64,000 nucleotides of DNA from Styela clava. Its lineage: Eukaryota. Below the pieces are notes generated by a model. It was not told the DNA's origin and did no database searches. It was given only the letters and a program-made list of their open reading frames with translations. Shown in pieces: positions 52,001 through 64,000 of the stretch; position 1 is the first letter of the stretch, and every line of letters begins with the position of its first letter. Location: assembly GCF_964204865.1 (NCBI RefSeq), contig NC_135259.1:14012001-14076000 (forward strand), read 5' to 3'. The translations under genes and the position numbers were made by a program.

Positions 52001-55000
52001 ACATAAAACAACAAAAGCAACAAATCATGAACGAAAATCAAAGTTATAATGAAAATGTAGCTATACAGCAATTACTTTTACTGAGTAAGTACCATTAGTG
52101 ATACCAATTTTTGTGAAATTTTATGAAGCCAAGTATTAATAAGGGCTGGTTTACGAATACTACATACAGTTTTTCTGGTAATCAGGGAACTGAGTTTTTC
52201 TTCATGTTTGAAAATATGTTGGGAATGGCGAGTGAACTGCAAAACTCTTTTCATGCTTATTTCATAAATATTATAAAGAACTGTGATCTTCGGAACTTGT
52301 TTTTCCAAATTGTTTTCAGAGTGTCATTCTCTTTGGCTGTGAACTCTCATCCATATGAAGTTTATTTTTGGAACTTCAGTTATTTACTACCTGTAGCTGT
52401 TTCCTGATTGTATTTACATCAACTGCTTTCAAGTATCACGTTGTTCTGTATTCACTAACCCGCAATTCTGAATTCTTTATCGTCTATTCTTCTCACTAGC
52501 TCTTTGCACTTCAGTGCTTTGAGCAGATTTTGTGAAAAAAATGAATTGAAAAGCAATTTTCCTTCTTTTAGGCCAGAATCAACAAAACCAGGAAAATTTG
52601 GGCCAAATGCAACAAAACAGCAATAACAACAACATTCCACCTTCTATGGTACCCGGTCCTGCATCAGAAATCTGTCAGAGACCTCAGTGGGACTTGGCAG
52701 GGAATCGTTACCCTGTTAATGGCAGTCCGAATCATCAGCCACACCCAGAAAGAATACAAAATCCGCAAATGATGGGAGGAAATTTGAGTGGATTAGGAAA
52801 CAACATAAACGATAACACTAATTTAATAAGAGCTGCATTGCAGGAACAAATGAGACGACGCGAGGTAAAAAGAATCAAAAATTTGTATATTTGATAGATG
52901 CTTTTTACTCTGTACAAGGCTCTTTACAAGCAGCTACTGATATTGGCTGTCTAATTTTAGTACGCACTGGGGAAGTGGGTTGCATGGGGTTTTAACCCAA
53001 TAGTTGTAGCCTGTGATACAAACATGGTTATTCAAAAATAGGAATTAAACCTGGGATCGCCAGACGCTGAATTTATTGAATGTAAAAATAAGTTGAGCAT
53101 AGTTATTTGTTTGTCTGAGAAATATACCTGTGAACAATTTGTAGTTTTGCATTGAATTTTTATCATGGGTGTAAAATGTTGCCGAAGCCAACTTTAAATC
53201 TTGAACCATTGAGATAGAAACCTATTTAAACATATTGCAACCAGGCTTATTTATAGTAATACATGCATTCATCTCCAAAGTTATTTATTTAAGGAAATGA
53301 CAAACAAGGAAGGATTGATGAGATCAGAAAGTCCTAATGAAATGGATCAGTTTGTAAATGTTTCATCAGCGCAAGGATCTTTGGGTTTGTTTTTTATACC
53401 ATTCATATATCAAAAATGTATTCTGGTATAGAAGCTTAGTTCAGATGAGCAATACTGAACTGAATGGACTCTGTCTTTCAAACACAGTAATTTCTTATGT
53501 ATCAGTGGATGGTTGGATAAAGAGTTTTCTTTTTCAATGTGTAAAAATATGTCTTTTTAACCAACATACGCTTGTGTGAACAAGGCTTCGCAATTGGGTA
53601 GTTCAGCAAACTTTTTGCATATCAAGTGTTATCTCACAGGATTGGAACCTGCAGATCCCATGTAATATCAGATCAATATTTGTTGAAAATATAATATTCT
53701 TGTATATATCTTTCTTACTAACGAGCTTAAAGCATAAGCTGTCTTTGAATTATTTCATTATTGAATTATGTTATTCAAATATAGGTCCGATTGGAAGTCC
53801 TGTAATTACAAGACGTAAAACAAATGAAATGTCACCGCCATTACATCTTGCAACTCAACAACAACAACAAGGCAGTAATACTTGGCCGTGCATTACTGAT
53901 CTTCCTGAGCAAACAGTACAATTTTCTGGAGGTAGGCGTAAAATGTCTTGTATGTTTTGTAAAATCAGTAATATCTTAGTAAGTACAAAGTGCATTATCA
54001 ACATGGTTGTATACAAATGATTTGATTAGAAAGGTTTCAAAAAAAAATCATCAAAGTTGACATATATCAGAATAATGCTTTAAAATATTTAATATTGAGA
54101 ATATGAGGATTACAAAAAAAATTTAAAGGGAATCATAAAATATTTCACAAAAGGTTAAAAAATAGTACCTTGAATGATTTCAATGGAATTTCATTGTGAT
54201 TACAATTTTTGCAGTTGATCCTGAATACGAACAATATGTTGCTGGAATAGCAAGAAATGCGATTCATCGGAAGTTGACTTCACAACAATCTATTGATGAA
54301 CAAGATGGAAAAACAAAATGTAATACTTGGGATTTTAATAAACATAGGTAAGTGAATATAATGCAATTATTATTCTATAGATCGGGGACAGGGGTTCCTA
54401 AACTGAAATACCTTGGTCAAGTCATGAGATATTTTTGAGTGAATTGGAAATAGCAAGGCATTTTGTAGAGCCTTTTATCTGTCCTAGAACAATGCAAGAT
54501 ATATCAATTTTGTTAAAATAAATTATGAGATAAAAGTATGATACATAGCATTATGATAGTTTATGTGCACAAAACGAGGTTCCTGAGGTAATGAAAAAAA
54601 GTTTGAAGAACACTGGCTTAGATGAATGTAGGCTGTTCTAACTATGTGATTTTTATAGATTACTTAAATCATATTTCTTAGTTTACGGATTGGCTTTTAT
54701 TACTTTCAGTGATTCATGGCAGCAAGGTGGAGGAACAGATGAACTTGGAAACAATTTATTCACTGTTTTCAATACTCCTGACATTGTACAACATTTGAGA
54801 GGGTATGTTTTCTTATGAAATGGCTTTTTGCTGTATATATGATGTTGCCATCTTGAGGGATTTCCGCTCCCCTGGGATAAATAAGTCAATAAAAAAGCCA
54901 AATAAATAAACCTTGTGTTTGATTTTTATTGTTACTAATCGGTTTTGTGATTTGTATTATCAGACGAGAATTGATTGAAGATACTCAAGCTGGAAATCCA

Positions 55001-56510
55001 CCGGATATTACTGTAAGTAACTTTTACAGTTTTTATTCACTGAGAAGCGGAGCGTGATATTTCAGAATTCCTTTTTAAAATATATCATGAAAAAAAAGGG
55101 GTTAATCATCTAGACTAGGGGTGGGCAAATTATGGCCCGCGGACTTTGAAGCCCACAAAAGTGTTTCATCCGGCTCACTTGTGTCTGCGGAAATTACGAC
55201 TAAAGTATTATAATAGTATAAATTTCCGTTCAAAATATAGATCTAAATCACGTCATAATAGCTCCGATTGTTACATTGGGCTTCTTATCCACAATAAACT
55301 TTATCCTGGTTGTTGGACTAGCTGTTACTCGTAAATAAATGTTTTTTATCATTTTTCATATTGAGCTTCGAGCCTCCGGCCCAATAATCAAGTCTATTAT
55401 CTGTAACCGGCCCACTCAGAAAAGTAATTGCCCACCCCCGAACTACACCTATCATAAACAAAAATAACAAGATGGCGGCAATTTGAAAATTTCTTCTGGT
55501 CCGAGTAGAACAGGGGTGGGCAACCCCTGGCACGCCTGCCGAACTTGACACACGAGCCCATTTGGCACGCGAGCGAGGCCTCGGAAACTAGATAATTCTC
55601 CTTCACATAAAAAATTTTAAGACTCTGAATTATCTGATGAAACTCGGTGTTCGTTTATTCATTATCGTTTAACAATCCGTTATCTATTCAAACTCTCTTT
55701 GTTCTTTCATGACATCTGGCTACAAAAAAAAATATTATGATGTAACAAATGAGTGCTCTGAGAAGAGCGATTCATTTGGTTACTTTCTTACATAATATAG
55801 TTCGTCTGTGCCACCCTTTTTCCTCATTTCTGCTTGATTTATGAAGTTGTAAAGGTCATGTTGATTAGAGTTTCTTGCTAAATTACTGTTATAAATTGAT
55901 TTCGAAAGAAATATGAGAAATAGGGAAGGGAATACAAGAGAGGTGTGCAGAAAACGAACTATTGCGTTGGTTGCATTGATTGGAATGCTATTCCTGAAAA
56001 TTTTTCATGTCTTAAAAACTTTGCAACTGCATTACTCTCTGTTTTCATCTACATGTGCTTGTGAATCTCTGTTCTCAGTTATGAACTTTATTAAGTCTCG
56101 TAATAGGAGTAGTGAGTAGTTCGTGTATTTCTCTGAAAGTTACAAAATATAAACCCAATGTAAAATCTCTATCAGCGGTAATGCAGCAGCAGAAGTCTCA
56201 CTGATATAGAATATGAAAAGTAATCAATTTGTCGGACTGATATACTGAATCTGTCTGTACATTTATAAGGTTTATTATTGTGTATTGTTTTTAAATTTGG
56301 CTGGCACGCGGAAGAGTTTTGTCAGTAAATTTAGCCGTTTGATTTACATTAAATTTTTGAATTTTATAGGATGGTAATGTTGACGCATCACGCACAGGTA
56401 CTTGGCCACCGTGGCAGCTCTGGTCTAATGGTAATACCAATCTCTGGAACTGGGGTAATGATCTGCTGGGCAGCTCACCTGGTAATGGCAACAATGAAGG
56501 ACACACTTAA
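34072..56510 (+). CDS. GARRE1: GARRE1/KIAA0355 orthologue (granule-associated Rac and RHOG effector), ~1294 aa. Exons 34072-34187, 34679-34760, 36762-36899, 37696-37800, 41217-41303, 42080-42259, 43027-43152, 43831-43956, 44291-44416, 45714-45869, 46531-46628, 47173-47298, 47563-47915, 48494-48615, 49241-49372, 50533-50593, 51281-52084, 52572-52864, 53294-53384, 53785-53931, 54215-54347, 54710-54802, 54964-55012, 56370-56510
   Basis: 24 GT-AG exons join into one open frame of 3885 nt. Several blocks match vertebrate KIAA0355 as I recall it, in the same order: IANLQQCISAYLDSIQMVCRA, ELARILMELS, LKGCCS, CELP, ICPARWRTHVKASLQLLYGNSGLV, STWCIKEDPGTMSLLQRNLDPEKTL, DVINLLSG, DPEYEQYVAG, LFTVFNTPDIV, TWPP. 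Confidence 0.9.
48038..48248. mobile_element. MITE-like repeat, GGTACTCC family, in GARRE1 intron 13
   Basis: Inverted copy of 12052-12265. Starts GGTACTCCCATAGTGTGTGTACCCGGTTAGGGTTA. Confidence 0.65.
49540..49815. mobile_element. Non-autonomous hAT MITE in GARRE1 intron 15
   Basis: TIR CAGTGTTCCCTCTAA / TTAGAGGGAACATTG. Perfect 8-bp TSD CTTTTATA at 49532-49539 and 49816-49823. Subterminal GCGCAC repeats. Confidence 0.92.
55116..55440. mobile_element. hAT (Charlie-like) MITE in the last GARRE1 intron
   Basis: TIR TAGGGGTGGGCAA / TTGCCCACCCCCG. Degraded TSD ATCTAGAC / AACTACAC. Subterminal GGCCC motifs. Confidence 0.75.
55511..56330 (+). mobile_element. Truncated hAT (Charlie/GTF2IRD2-type) element with a transposase dimerisation-domain remnant at 55981-56204
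   Basis: Left TIR CAGGGGTGGGCAAC and TGGCACGC subterminal repeats. Frameshifted WNAIPENFSCLKNFATALLSVF / SSTCACESLFSVMNFIKSRNRS / CISLKVTKYKPNVKSLSAVMQQQKSH*. Right TIR not found. Confidence 0.8.
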
Positions 56511-57478
56511 AAATATTAAGACTTTTGAAAACAAACAGTACATTTAATATGATTTTCTAGTAATCTATCCCATAAAGAAATTCTATTTTCATATTTCAGT
56601 TTGCTGGAAACAAGTAAAACAAGTACAATTCTTGGCGTTAGGCAGTGGTATAATTTTAGTTTTGTAATCTGTTTTCTGATTATTACACTGAAAAGCATTG
56701 CCTTCTTGAATACAGGCATTTTGTATTATTATTTTTATTGTTGTTTTAGAATTATCGTTGTAAATAGTCAGTTGTACTGCTGTTGAAATTTTCCTTTTGA
56801 ATGAAAGTTCCTGATTTTTTTTTTGTAATTTTTAATTTTTTTTTTCGTTTGTTTAAAATTTCCTTAACTACGTCATGTTCCTATCGAGCTGAGCTCCTCT
56901 ATTTTACTCTGTTGCTTTTTATCTACATATTGTGCTTTAGATTTACCATTGTTATTTTCCATCTTAATTCCATGTTTCTGTGTTTGTATTTGGTCGAGCA
57001 ATACTTTTTTGCATTCAACGTACAAAATATTTGTATGCATGGGTGTCCAGTTTGTTGAACCAATGAAAATGATTCTACGAGTAATTTCACATTAAAAAAA
57101 AAAGTTGAAATTTCTGTATGATATTTGAATTGCTCAAAATGTGTTTTATAATATGCTATTATAGGAAACATATTTATCATAAACACATTCTTATTTTTGA
57201 TGTATCTGAAAACAAATAACTGGCCAACTAATGTTATACTTGACATGGACTGGGACCCATACGAAAGGCTGTGGTTCGCTATAATATTGAGCCATCTATC
57301 GACTTTCCTCTCCCATGGGATAAATATGTAAATCCTATATTGTTGATGTAATCCGCTGTTTGTTGCAAATCATTCAACTGAAAGGTTATAATATTTCTTC
57401 ATCTTGGTTTGGCTTTTGTCATTATATCGAACATGCATGCATTAATTTTCAGGAGTTAATATTTGAATATATAATATT

Positions 57479-57612
57479 ATAAGTAAAAATAACATGATCT
57501 CTTTTAACGAAATAGTAAGTATATTTGTGAGCTTTCGTTAGATCATGGTCTAACGAAAGCTCACAAATATACTTCCTATTTTGTTGAAAGAGATCATGTT
57601 ATTTTTACTTAT
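57479..57612. repeat. Near-perfect 134-bp palindrome downstream of the GARRE1 stop codon
   Basis: ATAAGTAAAAATAACATGATCTCTTT...GTGAGCTTTCGTTA-GATCATGGTC-TAACGAAAGCTCAC...AAAGAGATCATGTTATTTTTACTTAT, with few mismatches. Confidence 0.9.
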
Positions 57613-60600
57613 CACTTTAATACTATCTCGTTCAAGCATCCTTGTGGTGAGTACCACATACGGATCCGAAGTAGAAAGTAAACAAGGAGAAAAGACCTGC
57701 AGTTCAATACACAATATCCGAGTTCCCTTAGTATATAATATGAGTTGAATATTTCAATCAAATTTTAGTCAAGATATTTAGATTGTTAATTGCATTCAAT
57801 AATTGAACTATTAGCTAATTTTAAAGTGACCGTCAATATATCAGGTCTCTCAAAAAATTAGCTTTTGGCTCTGAGAGCATTTAGATGTTGCTGATTTACT
57901 AGTATGAATATCAGAATTATAATGAATATAATATTTTAGATGTTAGTCTCTATTGATTTACGTATTTATATCTACATATCATTGTAAATTAAAGTGAATA
58001 TAAAGATCAAATTCCATGGTTGCATATACACAAGAAATATCCGGTTTCAACTAGTTTTTACTAATGTTTTCTTGTCTTGATTTTTTTTATTTGCCAGCCA
58101 CAGGTGGCTGTTTTTGATTTTAATTTTGAAGTGTTCCTTCTTAGTTTTTTTTTATGGAAATTAAAACCAAGCAAATGACATTTTTTTTGTGCCATGTTAC
58201 AGTGAATTTAATTACTTACATGTGTAAATAGACATTTTCTTTTAGTAACACAAGAGCAATTGATGACTTGAATTTTCATGTTTTAAATGAACTAGGGGTG
58301 TTTCCTAACTCACATTTTACTAGTCATGTTTTAATTATATTCCTTGATTAAATTTGTTCACAAAATTGGATATAAGAACCCAATGTATTACATTCGTTTC
58401 CATAATTTATATCATATATAAGAATTACGGTATAGTACATACAATGCAGCATAGATGGTGAATCGGACTGTTATGTTGGATATTCAATCAGTTCTATGTA
58501 GACTTCGCAAGTTACCATGGTTTGAATCCAATGCCCACCATTTGACCATCTGTGTAATAAATTGGGTAGTCATCGCCGAACCCTTGTGGTACTAAATAAA
58601 TAGTTTCTTCGTACATAACATTGGAGCTAATTTGCTAGGACCAGGATCTTCCCAGTGTCCACCCAATTTATTTCACCCTAGCCCCCCTGCATGATGTGGT
58701 TTGCCCCTGAGATATTGAACCTGCGATTAAGGCTTAAAAATTAGACAAAAATCGATTTTTAGACAAAAGATCATAAACCAACAAGAAAAAAATATTTCTA
58801 AGTGCCATATTTCATTTTTTGTTAATTTTGTTTGCCTTTTAATATTATTGATATTCATATTCCATGATTTTGATTAAGTTTTATCAACAATACTAAATAA
58901 TTCAGTTTTGTATGCACAAGGCATATAAAATTGTGAGAAATAATTATTATAATAACATTTTCGTAGGATAAAAATTGAATTCAAATAAAATTAAGTGTTT
59001 AATGGTATAAAAGCAAGCAATTTTGTTTTTTGAAAAAAATTGCAATAACAATAACATATTTACAATTTTTGAGCAAAACATTCTATTTAGAATACTTAAG
59101 ATCAAAATTTATTGCAATTTTGAATTCTAGATTTCTACATGAATTTTAGGAAGAGCCACACTTGCATATTGGTTTAATAATGTTATGAAAGTTGTTATGC
59201 CTTGTGGACCTTTCTTCCTATACATATGATATTGTGGTAAATACTTTATTTTTGTGTGTGTACCTATTAAAGAAACTTATTATTATTAACAATATGCTCT
59301 AATAACTTGCTTTGGCTGGTCCTCTGTCCTTTTTTATTTTTGATTATTTCCATTTTTATTATTTGTAGAATATAATAACGTAGTACTATTGATATCCTTG
59401 GTTTCTGTTTTTTAATTTTAAACTGATAATTGATTTTCAAAACTACGTTTTCATTTTTGAGACGCCCAGGAGGCCTCTCTATCTCTCTTTCCTAAAAAAA
59501 AATTTGTCTCAGAGCATACTTTCGATAATAAGAGCATATTTTATTAATTTTTTGACAAATATAAAATGTGGATATTTGTTTCTCAAACTTTTTGTAGGAA
59601 TACCCGTGGAAGTTAAAAGAGCAAGAAATTTACTCCATAATCATTTTACACATCTTTTCCTTTTTTTTTGTATGAGGGGATTCCACATTGTCACTCTGAA
59701 AAGGGCTTTTGTAAGCATTCCGTTGAGAGACATAGAATCCAGATTTCTCACCATTTTAGCATATTACACCTCTAACAAATGGAGGATTTGGGTTGACTAC
59801 TGCATGATTTTGGACGTTTTTTTATTCATTCACCTTCGTAGTGAAGGTGTCGCTATCCAGCAATATAGTTAGTACCTGTACATCTGTTGTAATAAAAACA
59901 ATGAATGAAATGAAAATAAAGTGCGTCTTCATCATTTGGTTCCATAAAACTTTCGACTCTATTTTCCGAATCTTGATAATGAAATGTTGTCGGACTATTA
60001 AATCTATTGGTCTGATTCCTTCAAAAACGCCAAATCCGGGGCCTTTGTTTTATTGAGTGTCTTCATATCGTAAAATAACTTTAAATATTATATGTCTCCA
60101 ATTAAAAAATTCAGATCATAGTTGAGATTATGATTTAAATCCTTACAATACAACGAGATTAGTCTTCATTTTTTTGGGGGTTCTGTTGTATTATGACGCC
60201 ACAATATGTTTTCCGTCTCCGGTATTTCATCATGCTTGTCCAAACCTGAAAAGTAAAAAGTTCCTCGCCAGGTCGGATTTGCCTCATGTTAGCTTTTCTC
60301 CGATCCGATCCTACTTGCCTTGATCGTTGATGACGTATATCTGGTGCTTTATTTGCATACATATGTTTCGGTTCCCCTTTTTGCCAACTAATATGCATTT
60401 TTATTTGTGCAACTACTAATATTCCTTACATTGATTACTAATATAATACGTTGGTGATGATAAATAATGTGACAATCGTATTATTGTTTTGTATTAAAAT
60501 GCTTAATAATGAAAGCATCGAAATGTGTGTTAATTCTTAGAATGTTTGGTGTCTGGTTTGTATACAGAACTGCGCGATACGGCAGACCATCGTACTTGGC

Positions 60601-60689
60601 TTACACACTGGTATTTTAATTTTAGGACGTTCAAGTCGTAAAATGCTGCACTGCGGGAGTAGAGGAATTGGCGATTAGTTACGCGATCG

Positions 60690-61026
60690 AATTATGACAC
60701 AATCGGCATATCCAACCGATCCCCCGGCTTGCCGCACCTCTGGTTACCCTTTGTGGTTTCGCAGGTGCGAATCCGTGTGGGGTAATTATGTGCTAGACTA
60801 GAGGATTGCTGGACTATTCTCAGTAGTGACGTGGTTCACGTAACCGCTGGTCAGTTACGGCTTCATCCACCATCAAGTCCATGCATTTAAAAACTGGCTA
60901 ACTAATTCCGTACCCGACATGGGCTGGTAACCGGACAGGAGGCGGTGGTTCGCCAAATGATCAAGCCGTCGTATCGGCGGGTTCCTCTTCCCAAGTATAG
61001 ATGTCTTAATTGTATCCTAACCCTAA
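60690..61026 (+). mobile_element. tRNA-derived SINE-like element
   Basis: B-box-like GCAGGTGCGAATCC at ~60761-60774. The 3' part (GTGGTTCGC...GCCRTC.TATCG..TTCCTCT.CC) recurs at ~57250-57340. Ends in ATCCTAACCCTAA. Related B-box heads lie on the minus strand at ~53640-53660 and ~58710-58730. Confidence 0.6.
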
Positions 61027-61580
61027 TAAGAGTAGCCGGATGGCTCAAATCAGGGATCGGTCGGCAACCTACGGCCCGCGGAGTAAAATGATCCGCCCCG
61101 CGATGCTTCACTGAATTATAGCGAAAAAACGGCGGTTTTGGCGATGCATTTTTTTATAATCCACGCTTGAGCAGTTGATTATATTCTTCACGTAAAATGT
61201 TACCAACGTGGTTTCTATTGTCGTTGGCACTCGCTACTCGGAAGCACTTCTAAGTTCACCACTTTCCCTTGTGTTCAAAATACGAGTTACGCCTAGGATC
61301 ATTACAGATTCTCAGCTTAAAAGCAATCAGCAAAGCTCTCATTTTATTTGCTATATTTCAACATGCCAGGAAGAAATATTAAAGCCTTTTCCGAATCAAA
61401 AGATCGATTTTAACAGCACTAATATAATGTGTTTTTCACAATATACAATTGATTTTAGAGAAAAAATATACATAAATTGGAAAACATGAACGAGCATCAG
61501 TTTAGCACTGAATCTTTAATATGATATATATTAATGTTAGATGTTTTTGTATGTAAATAAAACAATATTTCTTTTTGCTT

Positions 61581-63395
<1,815 letters not shown>

Positions 63396-64000
63396 CTAAA
63401 AGAAGAGAAGAATGCGAACGTCTACATCTGGGATGGGCAATTACTTATATAATATGCTACAGATAATATACTCGGTTACTGGGCCGCAGGCACAAAACTC
63501 AATATGAAAAACAGAATAAAAAACAGTTCATTTACAACAGCTAGGCTAACGTTTATATAATAATAAGAAACACAATGTAACAATCAGGGTCACTATGACA
63601 TGTTTTTCAATGATGTTTTCAACGGAAATTTATATCCATAAAAACTATGGCCATCATTTTCAGATGTCACAAGTGGGCCGTAATTTGCCTACAAAATCGT
63701 CTACATAGACGCGAAAGTAGAATGACTTGTGAGTAGGGTTGCCAACTATGAAAAGTCTCAATAAAGGACATAGATTACCGTCATCATTTATTTTGTAACT
63801 TGCAGGAAAGAACAATATAAAACAATAAAATACAAATTTTATATACAAGCTAAAAAGATTTAATAAAAAATCTTCATGTGTTTTTCATTTAATGTTTATT
63901 TAACACTGACCCAATCAAGCTCTAAATTTCCAGTTGCATAATTTTATCATTGTTAAAGTTATATATGTTAGGACCCTTTGCTGACTTCAGCAATTGTGGG

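Noticed and set aside
59504-59872. 122-aa + strand ORF
   Set aside because: Non-ATG start, composition typical of AT-rich UTR or intergenic DNA, and no motifs.
60745-60790. tRNA gene
   Set aside because: Only a degenerate B-box, with no cloverleaf or T-run terminator. Better explained as a SINE head.

Overview
AT-rich, intron-containing animal genomic DNA. It is probably an invertebrate chordate such as an ascidian, inferred only from base composition, compact introns and the vertebrate-like GARRE1 protein. From left to right: (1) a tandem array of three intronless ApoD-like lipocalin genes, the third interrupted by one in-frame TGA; (2) a sigma-class glutathione S-transferase on the minus strand with a perfect Nrf2/ARE-type site upstream; (3) a 15-exon, minus-strand secreted mosaic protease (signal peptide, TSP1-like module, trypsin domain, 2x TSP1, LCCL, 4x TSP1) with an intact catalytic triad but no canonical activation site; (4) a decayed, apparently full-length L1/Tx1-type LINE carrying two nested hAT elements with perfect 8-bp TSDs; (5) a purine-skewed repeat tract and an ETS/YY1 promoter; (6) a 24-coding-exon GARRE1/KIAA0355 orthologue (~1294 aa); (7) the 3' part of a cathepsin L-like gene with a Trp-to-Tyr change in the NSWG motif. 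MITEs and SINE fragments are scattered throughout. All gene models were built by hand from GT-AG sites and frame continuity. No searches were run.
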